From NCBI GenBank assembly GCA_048938105.1, contig JBHLMN010000001.1, positions 352,001 through 416,000 of the forward strand: a stretch of 64,000 nucleotides of DNA, given 5' to 3'. How positions within the stretch are numbered: position 1 is the stretch's first letter; each line of letters opens with the position of its first letter. The stretch comes from Promethearchaeota archaeon (lineage in GTDB: Archaea; Asgardarchaeota; Heimdallarchaeia; Hodarchaeales; Hodarchaeaceae). Position numbers and translations under genes: made by a program. Of this stretch, positions 30,868-41,737 are shown one piece after another. The notes under the pieces were generated by a model that saw nothing but the letters and a program-made list of their open reading frames with translations, had not been told where the DNA came from and searched no databases.

Positions 30868-31884
30868 TTAATGTGTATTAAAGTGTGATTTTGGATCCTC
30901 TATAAAAACTGGAACTGCAGCTGCTCCTCTTTTCACTTCAATGTCGTTCATTCCAAGAACTCTCACGATTTCCTTGAATCTATTTCGAATAGTCACTGGT
31001 GTTGTTTTTGCAGCTCTAGCAATTTGCTGTTGTGTTCGTCTTTCCCCTGTTTTAACTCCTGCTATATATAGACAAGCAGCAGCTATGGACATGGGGTTTT
31101 TTCCAACAGTTATTCCATAAATTTTCGTTTTCTTTGCAATATTGACAGCTATCATGCGAGTGGGCATTGAAAGAGACAGTTCCTCTCCCAAACGATGTAT
31201 TAGAGCTTCATGTCTTCCTGAATCGGGTTTCGTTTGAAGATGTTGAACTATTGTCCTGACACATCGTCCAAGCTCTTTAAAAGAAACATTTGTATTAATA
31301 GATACATCTTTTAGAGTAAGAGGGATCTTTGTTTTACGACAGGCTAAATATAGGCTTGCTGCAATCATCCCGTCAATTGATCTTCCTCGAATAAGATTCT
31401 TTTTTAAACACTGACGATAATAAGAGCTTGCCATTTGTGCTGTACGATCTGGTAATTCCATTTGACTTCTTAGTCGTTTAAGTTCACGTAAAGCAATTCG
31501 GAGATTTCGAATCTCACTTTCATGTGCATGATTATCGACATTAGTTAACCGATTAAAAGCTAATCGTTTTGAAGAAGAGAGTTTTCTTCCTTTACCATCC
31601 TTTCGTGACCTACTTATCTGGGTTTTGATACCGAAGTCTGGTTGGAGTAAGGATAAAGGAGAACCCCCTCGCGATCGATCCTGTTCCTCTTGATAATCGT
31701 ATGCACGCCATTCGGGTCCTTGATCAAACATTAACGAATCAACCACTACCCCACAACATGCGCAAATGAATTGTCCTGACCTAGGATCAGAAACCACATT
31801 ATCTAAAGTTCCACATTCAGGGCACTTTCTATGTCGGTTGGTATCATGCTTTTGAACCATGGTAATCGTGGTTTCCTCCAACAC
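30868..31884 (-). CDS. tfb: transcription initiation factor IIB
   Basis: Zn ribbon CPEC..C, GPEWRAY, two cyclin repeats (RGRSI, GKNP, VTIRNR). Confidence 0.95.
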   Translation of the reverse strand: MLEETTITMVQKHDTNRHRKCPECGTLDNVVSDPRSGQFICACCGVVVDSLMFDQGPEWRAYDYQEEQDRSRGGSPLSLLQPDFGIKTQISRSRKDGKGRKLSSSKRLAFNRLTNVDNHAHESEIRNLRIALRELKRLRSQMELPDRTAQMASSYYRQCLKKNLIRGRSIDGMIAASLYLACRKTKIPLTLKDVSINTNVSFKELGRCVRTIVQHLQTKPDSGRHEALIHRLGEELSLSMPTRMIAVNIAKKTKIYGITVGKNPMSIAAACLYIAGVKTGERRTQQQIARAAKTTPVTIRNRFKEIVRVLGMNDIEVKRGAAAVPVFIEDPKSHFNTH

Positions 31885-32181
31885 CAGCTTTTAATGACTT
31901 TCTAGATAAGTTCCCCGTAAATTTTATTTGCGAATTAATGACTGGAAATCAGGATAATAACATTTTTATTATGTCTAACGCTATAGAAATCTTTTTGTAG
32001 TTAAATTTATTCTTTTAAACTTGCGTTCTCGCCAATGTTTGAGCTTAGAAATTCTAGAAAATCCATCCGAAGTAAGGAAATATTAACTAGATAGTGATAA
32101 AAAACGTTTGATTTGGTCACTATTAAAAAAAATTGGCTAAATTATCTCTTCTCAGAGAAATATAAAGACAAAAAAAGGAAA

Positions 32182-33066
32182 TTATTGAGCAATCACGCTT
32201 TTTTTCAAAACATTTTCAACATAAAGTTCCCCCGCACGATAAGAGCTCCGTACAAGAGGCCCTGATGCTACATAAAGAAATCCTAGTTTAATAGCTTCTT
32301 TTTCCCAAAATTCAAACTTTGATGGCTCTATATATTCAACAACATCCAAATGTTTTCGTGAAGGTTGTAAATATTGACCTAGTGTTACTATATCCACTCT
32401 TGCACGTCTTAGCGTAAGAAGAGCAGCGAATACCTGCGCATCAGATTCACCTAATCCTAGCATTATCGAAGACTTTGTTAAAATTTGGGGATTCAGTTTT
32501 TTTATGTTCTCAAGTATATATATTGATTGTTTAAAGCTAGCTCTCTTATCTCTGACCATTGGCGTAAGTGCTTCTGTAGTTTCTATGTTATGGCCAATAA
32601 CTTCAGGTTTACTTTTGATAAGCTTCTGAAGAGCGCTTAAATTTCCTTGAAAATCTGGGATGAGGATCTCTATTATCACGCCTGGGTTTTTTTCTCGCAC
32701 TTTCTTTATACATTGGCTCAAATGCCCTGCCCCCCCATCAATCAAGTCATCACGTGTTACAGAAGTAAGAACCACATATCTTAACCCAAGCTCTTTAACT
32801 GCTTGTGCTAAATTTATGGATTCTTGGGGATCTAAAGATTGGTGAGGGTTACGGGTCTGTACATCACAAAACTTACAGTAACGAGTGCAAAAGGGGCCCA
32901 TGAGTAAAAAAGTCGCGGTACCTGATTCCCAACATTCTGTACAATTAGGGCAGAATGCTTCTTCACAAACTGTATGAAGACTTTGATTTTTGAGTAGTTT
33001 TCGCATTTTCCCAAATTCTTTCTTAGTTGGAAGTTTTGCTTTAATCCATTTTGGCTTTTTATTCAC
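32182..33066 (-). CDS. lipA: lipoyl synthase
   Basis: CEEAFCPNCTEC, CTRYCKFC, RSSY. Confidence 0.95.
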   Translation of the reverse strand: MNKKPKWIKAKLPTKKEFGKMRKLLKNQSLHTVCEEAFCPNCTECWESGTATFLLMGPFCTRYCKFCDVQTRNPHQSLDPQESINLAQAVKELGLRYVVLTSVTRDDLIDGGAGHLSQCIKKVREKNPGVIIEILIPDFQGNLSALQKLIKSKPEVIGHNIETTEALTPMVRDKRASFKQSIYILENIKKLNPQILTKSSIMLGLGESDAQVFAALLTLRRARVDIVTLGQYLQPSRKHLDVVEYIEPSKFEFWEKEAIKLGFLYVASGPLVRSSYRAGELYVENVLKKSVIAQ

Positions 33067-33224
33067 TATAACAACGCCTACACTTAATACTAAACTTAAT
33101 TTTACTAAAAAAATGTAAAATAATTAAAAAATAAATAAGTTGAGATTACACAGAATAGCCATTTTAAATGTCAATAGGTTTTGCTGATTAGAATCAGATC
33201 TTCGCTTATAAGTCTCAATTTTAG

Positions 33225-35645
33225 GTGATTTCTCCTTTGATTTTGCAAAATGAGCTAAAAAATATTTTATTTGAGATTCCTCCAGAACAACTTCTTGCAG
33301 GTGCCATTTGCATTATTTTAACTATAATTTTCCTTCTAGAATTGAGAAAATATTTGAAATATCACGCTTTTCCTGACCTTATGGAACTGTCAGGGATCGG
33401 AGTTATGGCCTCTGGGCTTTTTACCATAACTGGAGATATCCTTCTTGCAGGTTTAGCGGGCATCTTAGCGCTAATGATTATTGGATCCTTCGAAGTACGA
33501 GAAAATCCCATTTGGTTTCGAATGATGGTGACTTTTACTATTAGTTATGGGTTTTTTTTCTTAATGGTTGCTTTAGGATTTCTAACGACCAAAGTCTTTT
33601 CATCATTAGGAGATACTATTAAAGAATTTTTAATTTCTCTTGGATTATCTTCTAGCATCGATATACAACAGTTTTTTGTGGGAATTGGATATAATCTAGT
33701 CCTTTGGATCATGATTTTAACCGCATTCTTAGTGTTTGGTAAAAAATTTATTGTCGTAACTCGATTCATAAGTCCCCAGATGGTTTATCTTGTACTTTAC
33801 CTAGTTGCATTATTGATAATCCTACAAATGGATCTTCCAGAAATTGCAAAATATTTCGCTATTTTTGCCGTCAATATTCTTATTTATCTTGTTTCAGGTC
33901 CATTACTCTCTTTTTTATTTGGAATACAACCTCTAGAGGATGAGAGAGTAAAAAAAATCATCAATGACGTGCAAACGAAGATTCAAACTCCGATTCGAAA
34001 AATCGGCATTGTTAAAGCACCTATCCTCAATGCTTTCGCATATGGACCATGGTTTGATCAAAGAATTGCTTATATTGCCTCAGATTTAGATCAATTTACA
34101 GATGCGGAGATTCGTGGAATAACTGCTCATGAATTAATACATGTTCAAAAAAAACATACCCTTTGGTTGTTAGGCCTTACTGCAGTTGAACTAGTAATCA
34201 AGGCCGCAATTGATGCGCCTTCTACATATTGGGAATTTGTATTGGGGATGAGTCAAACTTGGGATTTCTTGAGTTTCTGGTTATTCAACATTGCATTATT
34301 TGCAATCTTACTCACTTTTGTTAAAATAATGGAAGGTCAGGCTGATAAAACCACGAGAGAAAAAGGATTTGGTTTGGATTTGGCTGAATCTTTATATCGA
34401 TTAGAAGGGTTTTACTATGGAATTGCAGGAGAGATTGGATTCAATACACAATTAATGACTGGAAAAATACGATCTAAAGATGAGAGTATCCGTTTTATGG
34501 GAGATCAGGCATTCTATCTTTATCGTAATCTGGCTCCAGGTCGTATGACTTGCATTATGAATCTGATAGCATCACATCCTCTTACATCCATCCGTCTAGC
34601 ATTGCAGCTAGACCATTCCATTGGAGCAATTAAAGCTGGATTTATGATATGGTTTCTGCTAATTCCAGGATTACGAAAAAGAACAATAAGAAAACTACAG
34701 AAAAGCCACCAAGAGATGAGTGAATTACTATCTTCTAAATATTCCAAAGATTTTGGTTCAATTAATGATTACGTAGAAATAACTTTTGAAGAGGATTGGG
34801 CTAAGTACTTTGTGGGACATCATGTGATTGCAAAACCCTGGTTATATGAAGGTGTTACATATTGGGGGAAAATAACTAATTTTCATCAGACCGAGAATAT
34901 AGTTTCTCCCATTGAATTCGAAATGGAGATTTCTAATGGGAAAACAATCAGAATCCCAAAGAGTGACTATACCTTTGTCATAGCTGAACCACAACACAAA
35001 TACTTTACAAAAAAAGGGAATATGGTTACTTTAGATAAAGTGCAAATTGAAAAAGGAAAATTCCGAAAATTCCATTTTACTGAAAATGGAAAAAAAACTA
35101 CATCACGCTCTATAGGATTGGATACATCTGAATTTAAGCAAGAAACTTATTGGTTGGTCTATAAAAATGGCATAATCCAACCTTGGAGTCTGAAAGAGGT
35201 TCATTTAGCTACACATTTCAGAGATACTGTTTTCTTGTTTGAAGATATTACTCAAAATGAATATCAATATCAAGGTAAAGAACTAGTTATTTCATCTCCT
35301 CCTTTAGTGCAAATGATTAATGCAAAAAATTGGTCACAAGAAAAAAGATTTTTCAAACTTCTACAAAAACTGAATGAACCATTTGTCCTCTATGATAAAG
35401 AAGACATCGACATTGGTGCTCCTTGTAAAGTAAATACCATATCCGATGATGATACCATAGAACTATTGGAAGGAAGAACACTCCGTACAATTAAACCGAA
35501 CATGATTGATGCATTAATTTTAGAATATCCTTTTTATCTTATTAATTTCCGAAAAGAGATGGGATTTGGTAACGTTCTAACATTGAAATTGTTTAATAGA
35601 GGTCTGAAGACAAAATATGTAGGTCTCAATAGCTATCTCGCTTAA
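33225..35645 (+). CDS. M48/HtpX-like membrane zinc metalloprotease with extra N-terminal TMs and a soluble C-terminal extension
   Basis: LNAFA, AHELIH, E.QAD, SHP...R. Confidence 0.8.
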   Translation: MISPLILQNELKNILFEIPPEQLLAGAICIILTIIFLLELRKYLKYHAFPDLMELSGIGVMASGLFTITGDILLAGLAGILALMIIGSFEVRENPIWFRMMVTFTISYGFFFLMVALGFLTTKVFSSLGDTIKEFLISLGLSSSIDIQQFFVGIGYNLVLWIMILTAFLVFGKKFIVVTRFISPQMVYLVLYLVALLIILQMDLPEIAKYFAIFAVNILIYLVSGPLLSFLFGIQPLEDERVKKIINDVQTKIQTPIRKIGIVKAPILNAFAYGPWFDQRIAYIASDLDQFTDAEIRGITAHELIHVQKKHTLWLLGLTAVELVIKAAIDAPSTYWEFVLGMSQTWDFLSFWLFNIALFAILLTFVKIMEGQADKTTREKGFGLDLAESLYRLEGFYYGIAGEIGFNTQLMTGKIRSKDESIRFMGDQAFYLYRNLAPGRMTCIMNLIASHPLTSIRLALQLDHSIGAIKAGFMIWFLLIPGLRKRTIRKLQKSHQEMSELLSSKYSKDFGSINDYVEITFEEDWAKYFVGHHVIAKPWLYEGVTYWGKITNFHQTENIVSPIEFEMEISNGKTIRIPKSDYTFVIAEPQHKYFTKKGNMVTLDKVQIEKGKFRKFHFTENGKKTTSRSIGLDTSEFKQETYWLVYKNGIIQPWSLKEVHLATHFRDTVFLFEDITQNEYQYQGKELVISSPPLVQMINAKNWSQEKRFFKLLQKLNEPFVLYDKEDIDIGAPCKVNTISDDDTIELLEGRTLRTIKPNMIDALILEYPFYLINFRKEMGFGNVLTLKLFNRGLKTKYVGLNSYLA

Positions 35646-35682
35646 AAACCACAATGATTCTTAAATAAGAAAATAGAAAACA

Positions 35683-36930
35683 TTAATCCTTGGTTTCTAA
35701 TACTTCAGTTGCTATATCTTTAGCTCGTTGGCGCCTTTCGCTAAGAGATTCGGTAGATTGAGTGAAATTTTTCCTGTTTAAACTCATCTCTTCCTCTTTC
35801 TCTGTTATATCTGCTTTTAATACTGCTATATTCTCCTCACATTGGATTAGTAGATCATTAATAGATTTAAACTCCGATGATCCTTCCAGCTCTTCTTTTT
35901 GGGCTAAATGATCTTTCCATTCATTTTTCTTTGAATCCATTTTTCCTTCCTGCAAAGCATTTAGCTCATGAGTTAGATTATTGATATTTTTCTGTTTTAA
36001 ATGGAGATCCGTTTTACCAACCTTGATTAATTCCTCCATGAGAGCAATAATTTCAGGATTACCTTCTTCCTCTTCAAGAAAACTCTGAACAGGATTCTTT
36101 TCATAAGCCAATGCTGTATTTACTATTCCAAAATCACCTGAAATTGATCCACGTTGAATTTCACGGGCATATTTCTTGAATATTTTCTTAAACGAATTTA
36201 AATGCCTACCTATTTCAATTTCCAATTCTGTCATTCTGATCCCGCTTTTCCGTGAAACTTTTATCGAAGGATTCTCTGATAAACGGGTCTTTTCTTTCTC
36301 CGCTTCTGTTAACGACTCTTCAAGTGTTTTTAATTCAGTTTGAATTTGATTTTGTTCTTCTTTTAACTTTGATATTTTTTGTAAGAGATCTTTAACATCT
36401 GTATTTAAATCAGCTAAATCTTCTAGAGCTTTAATTATACGATATTCCTCTTTTTGAAGATCACGTAGTTTAGCTAGTTCAGATCCTAACTTACTGATAG
36501 GATTATAAATTGTCCGCTTTTTGAGCATAAAATCAATACCCATAACCGAGTCAGCGGCATTTTTCTCCTTATTAATATCATTTAACAATCGAGACACATC
36601 TCTAATGAATTGGTTCAACTCAATTGAAGTCAACCTTTTTGATGCCTCTGGAACCTGAAAATCTAAAAACTGTTTATCAATAGAATGTGCTAATGCATTC
36701 ATAACCTTTAAAGACTCAAATTGTGATCGAAATTTTATTTTCTTCATCCCTTCTTCCGTGAGTTTTGGTTCCGTTTCCTCAACAAGTTTTTTACATCCTT
36801 CTTTCACTTTCTCGGAATTTTTATGCATTGATTGAAGGAGCTTCTTGCTTTTTTCATAAGCTAACTGGATTTCTTTCTTTCTTTGTATTTTAATTGATTC
36901 AGAAAGACCTTTAATTTCATCTTCAGCCAT
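35683..36930 (-). CDS. coiled-coil hypothetical protein
   Basis: 415 aa, K/E-rich heptads. Confidence 0.65.
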   Translation of the reverse strand: MAEDEIKGLSESIKIQRKKEIQLAYEKSKKLLQSMHKNSEKVKEGCKKLVEETEPKLTEEGMKKIKFRSQFESLKVMNALAHSIDKQFLDFQVPEASKRLTSIELNQFIRDVSRLLNDINKEKNAADSVMGIDFMLKKRTIYNPISKLGSELAKLRDLQKEEYRIIKALEDLADLNTDVKDLLQKISKLKEEQNQIQTELKTLEESLTEAEKEKTRLSENPSIKVSRKSGIRMTELEIEIGRHLNSFKKIFKKYAREIQRGSISGDFGIVNTALAYEKNPVQSFLEEEEGNPEIIALMEELIKVGKTDLHLKQKNINNLTHELNALQEGKMDSKKNEWKDHLAQKEELEGSSEFKSINDLLIQCEENIAVLKADITEKEEEMSLNRKNFTQSTESLSERRQRAKDIATEVLETKD

Positions 36931-36938
36931 TAAACCAC

Positions 36939-37340
36939 CTATTTCTTTGAATAATAAATCGATGAAAGAAAAAGGTCTTCTAAACGTGTTATCATCATTT
37001 CTAGGGGAGGAAAAGCATTTCCTTTTTTCTTAAATCCGACAATGAGATGATTAACTTGCCTTTCATTCGAAATTATTTGCAAACTTTCAGAGGTTGGGGT
37101 TATAGCTTCCCATATCTGAGGAAGAATCGCACACATTTGCTCGAACTCATCCATTTTCATTTCAACAATAGATCCCTCACTTCTTTTCAACCCTGTCAAT
37201 GGAAAACCATTATTATCACTGATGAATGAAGCTATCATTTGATGTTTCTCTCCTCCCCCCGTCATTTGTTTCGATAAAATTGCTCTAAGAGATAAACGCA
37301 TCTGGTCTTCTAAATTTCGTCCCATTTTTGATTTCATCAA
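36939..37340 (-). CDS. roadblock/LC7- or profilin-like small protein
   Basis: Helix then IASFISDNNGFPL strand-turn motif, helix, terminal strands; 133 aa. Confidence 0.45.
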   Translation of the reverse strand: MMKSKMGRNLEDQMRLSLRAILSKQMTGGGEKHQMIASFISDNNGFPLTGLKRSEGSIVEMKMDEFEQMCAILPQIWEAITPTSESLQIISNERQVNHLIVGFKKKGNAFPPLEMMITRLEDLFLSSIYYSKK

Positions 37341-37513
37341 CCTAGTTATTAACGTTTCATCATGAGAGAGATCAAGTTTCAGTTATTAATTTTTTTTGAA
37401 TTTTCGACTAAAATTATCGATTAGTTCGAAAGGATAATATTTTCAAAGAAGGTCAAAGGGAGATGGCTAAGATTCATCAATCAAGTTGTTTCTAAGCATC
37501 AATCAGTAAAAAA

Positions 37514-40500
37514 TTGCTTTCAGATACCAATTTATGTGAAAAGGTCATGAAAAAACTCAATAATCCATTAAACATAATATATCATACTGGTATAATCGTA
37601 TTGTTCCTCACATTGGTTATTCTACCTACATCTACTGTACTTAATTTAAATACCACTCCATTCACAGACGATGAGAAGATACAAGCTGAGTCTCCAGACA
37701 CATCACTAAATAATAACAAAATAAAACTTACAGATAATGATACTCAAATTGCAAATACTAAATTTGATATTGGAGCTCTATTTAATTATGTGAGCTCGCT
37801 TTACAAGGAAGAAGGGATATTTTTAGAAGCATATGGAGGATATACTACATCTATTGCAACTTATGAAGCCCTCTCTATCTTAAGATTCTTGGGTTTGGAT
37901 TACTATCAGTTTGGTTCTGATTGGGAAGATAAAGAGGTAACTATCGCTGATAAATTACTTGATCTTAGAGATAAATCTGGTTTAGGAGGGTATTATCTAT
38001 CACCACAATCTAATTCCCCCTCTTTAGAAGGAACATTTGGTGTAACGACTTCTCTTTGGATAATGAATGAATTACCTCTGAAACTGAAACCAATTACCCC
38101 AAAATTATTAGATTTTGTATATAATGTAACTTTTGATAGTGAAAATTACGGTTTCCATGAAGTCGGCCACGAAGACTGTTCAATCAAAGCTACATTTCAA
38201 GCATTAACAATTTTAGACTTGATTCGTAAGGTTGTGATTATTCCTGAATTATATGACGTAAAAAATACACCATTAATCAATGAAACTGTTTTAGACTTTA
38301 TGGCAAATTATTCTTTAAATATCTTCGAATTTATAAATGATTTTTGGGTTGAAGACTCATATTTCTTTTCAAACACCCCTTACCAAACTAAAATCGAAGA
38401 AACATGGTACGCGCTCCAATCAATTAAGATATTAGATGATTATGGGAAATTTTTAAACGAAAATTTGCCAAAAAATCTCACCGATTATAAAAATTCTGTG
38501 ATTCCTTGGTTAAAATCAATGAAAAAGACAATAGGACTCACAAAAGGTGGTTTTGGGACATCAGAATATGCAAATGTCTCAGAGACAGGTTTAACTTATG
38601 CAATCCTAAATCTTCTCAATTCCACCCAAGAAGTCGATATCAATCATACTGAAACAATATCGTTTATTTATTCGTCTCAATTTCTTAAACGGGAAAATCG
38701 AACTTATCGTTCTTCAGAGATACCTCATATCGGAGGATTTGGTCCTAATAATGTAACTTACTCAAAAGAATATCAGAGTAAAAGAGTGAATGTCCATGAT
38801 ACATATTATGCGGTATTAACGCTTCTTCTATCAGGTGATATTTTTTATTCCATTAATCTCACCTTAGAAACAACACACTATCAAGAGATTATATCAAAAT
38901 ATCCTGGTAGTATAAATAAATCAAACTATATCATTCAAGGAGAGCTTGGTGTTATTGAACAGTATTTCAAAATCTTTAATTACACATCTCATGGATCCCT
39001 AGAATTAACAACCGTTGTAGACAACTGGAATCTAACCCATCCCGACTATACTGAAAGTAATACGAAATTTGTGGGAAAATCAACTGCACAATATGCAGTA
39101 AACTTAGAGAATGATTCACAAGCTGATTTCAATTGGACAATGGGTTCTCATAAACTCACTAATATAATATCAATTCGAGATCTACCAATTATTCAATCCC
39201 CAGTATATCATCTCAATTCAACTCTGTATGTAGGCTATGCAAATGAGGTGAAATTTGATTCAGCAGTTATCAAGCCAGGAGACTATATAAATACAACGAT
39301 CTTCTTTCAAAATCGTTCCGTTATCACATACTCTAAGCAAAATATTACAGAGGGGACAGTTAACGCGAATTTAACATCGCCAAATAATGAGAACTTTATT
39401 TGGTTTGAATTAGAACCAATCAACACCACCATTGGAGCGATATCATATCAATGGAAAGTTCCTGATCAAGCGCTATTGGGAACTTGGGAGCTTACACTAA
39501 CTCTTAATCAGTCCAATTATTCCCTTTTTTTCACAATACAAATTGAAATAACTGATATCGTGTCTTTTTATAATATATCCCGAATGCCTCAATACTACCC
39601 TGGTGAAAATATGAACCTAAATGTTTCATTGAAATATTCAAATGGTAATTTTACTCCAAATGCAAATGCATCAGTGGTGTTTATAAGTAATCAAACTCAA
39701 GAAGAAGTATTTAACCTCACATTACATTACTTAAAGGGGAATATTTATACAACAAGCGGCACCAATTGTCCTACTCACTTTTTATACGGTTTCTATAATG
39801 TTTCTATTAGCTTAACATGGAATACAACTTCAGAATTACCTGCTGACACCGTTTATAATAGTAGTCTTCCAGTTATCCAAATTAAGGGGATTCCAACTGT
39901 ATCTGAGGCCTCTTTTAACACAAACTATCGAAATAATCTCCCATTAGTAGAAAATAATTTGTTTTATTATGGTGAAACTCTCAATTTAACTTTAAAAATC
40001 GGTTTTAAATCCAATTCTACCATTAATAATGTAACTGATGAAAATGTGGTTGTTAAGGGAGGATTGGTTAATAATACCCAACCGTCATCCTTTATTCAAC
40101 TATTTCAATTTTTGCATCACAATAGTACTATTACTTTAACAGGTTTAATTAGTACTAATCTCCCTAATTCCACCTTAGGAACACGATTTCAAATACAATC
40201 AGAATTCAACAATTCCTATGTTTATATCAAAAATCCCTTGAACACAGTTAAGCATGCAGCTTACAATTTTTCTTTGATTGGAACTTTTGAAATTAGAGAC
40301 ATTAATTACGTGGCAACAGAGATGTCTAATGGTCTTTACCAGTATGCTCTTGACACCACTTCAGTTATTTCAATTTCATTCAAAGTTTACAATAATGAAC
40401 TGGATGGTATCCTTATTCAAGTCCCGAGTCTTAATCTTTATGGTATATTGGACATTCAGAATAGATTTGGGGCTTTAAATCAGTCCCTACCTAGCGTTAC

Positions 40501-40762
40501 ATCTGGAGTAGATCAAAATGGAACAACAATCTATCTTTTATCAATACCTACTTCAAATCTAAGCCCAAATGATTATGATATTTCGATTTACACCTGGACT
40601 GCAATCAGAAACGACTTAAGAATTGGAAACCTATTTCCAGGTTTTTCAATTATAAAGACTTTTTCTCCAAAACCGATAATTCAAATACATGAGGTATTAA
40701 TCCTAATTTCGGGACTAACTCTAATTGTATTAATCTATTTAAATGTTAAGAAATCTCGATAA
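37514..40762 (+). CDS. surface glycoprotein: prenyltransferase-like alpha/alpha repeats, Ig-like domains, C-terminal TM anchor
   Basis: N-terminal hydrophobic segment; repeated GG(F/Y)...TY.AL..L units; many NxS/T sequons; C-terminal TM then KKSR. Confidence 0.7.
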   Translation: MLSDTNLCEKVMKKLNNPLNIIYHTGIIVLFLTLVILPTSTVLNLNTTPFTDDEKIQAESPDTSLNNNKIKLTDNDTQIANTKFDIGALFNYVSSLYKEEGIFLEAYGGYTTSIATYEALSILRFLGLDYYQFGSDWEDKEVTIADKLLDLRDKSGLGGYYLSPQSNSPSLEGTFGVTTSLWIMNELPLKLKPITPKLLDFVYNVTFDSENYGFHEVGHEDCSIKATFQALTILDLIRKVVIIPELYDVKNTPLINETVLDFMANYSLNIFEFINDFWVEDSYFFSNTPYQTKIEETWYALQSIKILDDYGKFLNENLPKNLTDYKNSVIPWLKSMKKTIGLTKGGFGTSEYANVSETGLTYAILNLLNSTQEVDINHTETISFIYSSQFLKRENRTYRSSEIPHIGGFGPNNVTYSKEYQSKRVNVHDTYYAVLTLLLSGDIFYSINLTLETTHYQEIISKYPGSINKSNYIIQGELGVIEQYFKIFNYTSHGSLELTTVVDNWNLTHPDYTESNTKFVGKSTAQYAVNLENDSQADFNWTMGSHKLTNIISIRDLPIIQSPVYHLNSTLYVGYANEVKFDSAVIKPGDYINTTIFFQNRSVITYSKQNITEGTVNANLTSPNNENFIWFELEPINTTIGAISYQWKVPDQALLGTWELTLTLNQSNYSLFFTIQIEITDIVSFYNISRMPQYYPGENMNLNVSLKYSNGNFTPNANASVVFISNQTQEEVFNLTLHYLKGNIYTTSGTNCPTHFLYGFYNVSISLTWNTTSELPADTVYNSSLPVIQIKGIPTVSEASFNTNYRNNLPLVENNLFYYGETLNLTLKIGFKSNSTINNVTDENVVVKGGLVNNTQPSSFIQLFQFLHHNSTITLTGLISTNLPNSTLGTRFQIQSEFNNSYVYIKNPLNTVKHAAYNFSLIGTFEIRDINYVATEMSNGLYQYALDTTSVISISFKVYNNELDGILIQVPSLNLYGILDIQNRFGALNQSLPSVTSGVDQNGTTIYLLSIPTSNLSPNDYDISIYTWTAIRNDLRIGNLFPGFSIIKTFSPKPIIQIHEVLILISGLTLIVLIYLNVKKSR

Positions 40763-41126
40763 GAATGCTTTCTCCAATTTCTATCGCCCATTCCTCAAAA
40801 AATAGAATGAGGCCTTTTAATTGCTCTTTCTTAAGCTCTGGGTAATGAATACCGAGTATTACAACTGTATAATAGCGTGTAATTTTAGCGATGACCCGAG
40901 CAATATTCGCAGCGAGCTCTCCATCCCGGTGATTAGGGAGTGAAATACAATGATAATTTGCTGATTTTTCCCCGTTCTTGCGAACATATGGAACTCCAAC
41001 TCCAATACCACCTAAATGATCGTTAGGGCCTGTTATATCAATAAATATACCGTTTTCCTTGAAGAAGACCGTAGCTTTAAACTCTTGCGCCAAATATTCA
41101 GTTTTAAAAGTAACAATTTCTTTCAA
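40746..41126 (-). CDS. LpdD/PAC4-like small protein
   Basis: G..DHLG, HRD.ELA, VVILGIH pattern. Confidence 0.55.
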   Translation of the reverse strand: MKEIVTFKTEYLAQEFKATVFFKENGIFIDITGPNDHLGGIGVGVPYVRKNGEKSANYHCISLPNHRDGELAANIARVIAKITRYYTVVILGIHYPELKKEQLKGLILFFEEWAIEIGESILIEIS

Positions 41127-41175
41127 CGCAAGAACCTTTTAAAATGAAACAAAAAATTAGAAGAAGGGATTTTCT

Positions 41176-41736
41176 TCAATAACCCCCATCATTAGTTTCA
41201 GTATTTTGATCACTTTCCAATTTTTCCTCTTGAAGCCGCTGCTCCTCTTCCTCACGCTGCTGCCGCTCCTCCTTCTCTTTTTGATGAGACTCAATTTTTT
41301 CTTTTAAACTAGAAATCTCTGAATCCAAATTTTGCTTTTTCTCTTCAGCCTTCTGAATATTATCTAATAGAGTTTGCTTTCCTTTTTCAAGATCATCTGA
41401 AGTGAATTTCAATGATTTCAGCTCTTCTGTTAATTGAGAGATTTCTTTATCTAAAGATTGTTTTTTCTCCACTAATGATACTTTAGAGAATTCTAAATCC
41501 GAAATTTGGTTATTAATTGTATCCAGACGTGTTTTTAATTCTTCGGTACGCGTATCAAATTCTAATTCTTTTTGTTTCAATGTTTCCTGTGCTTGTTTCA
41601 AATCACTTTGTAGTTCGTCTACAGATTTTCCTTTAACTTCTGGAGAATCCTCCACTAACTGTTCTACACCTGGAGGTGAACACACTGGACAAGGTGGACG
41701 AATAAAATAGGATCCACAACGAGAACATTTTGGCAT
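41176..41736 (-). CDS. Zn-finger plus coiled-coil protein
   Basis: MPKCSRCG...CPVC followed by heptads. Confidence 0.7.
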   Translation of the reverse strand: MPKCSRCGSYFIRPPCPVCSPPGVEQLVEDSPEVKGKSVDELQSDLKQAQETLKQKELEFDTRTEELKTRLDTINNQISDLEFSKVSLVEKKQSLDKEISQLTEELKSLKFTSDDLEKGKQTLLDNIQKAEEKKQNLDSEISSLKEKIESHQKEKEERQQREEEEQRLQEEKLESDQNTETNDGGY

Positions 41737-41737
41737 C

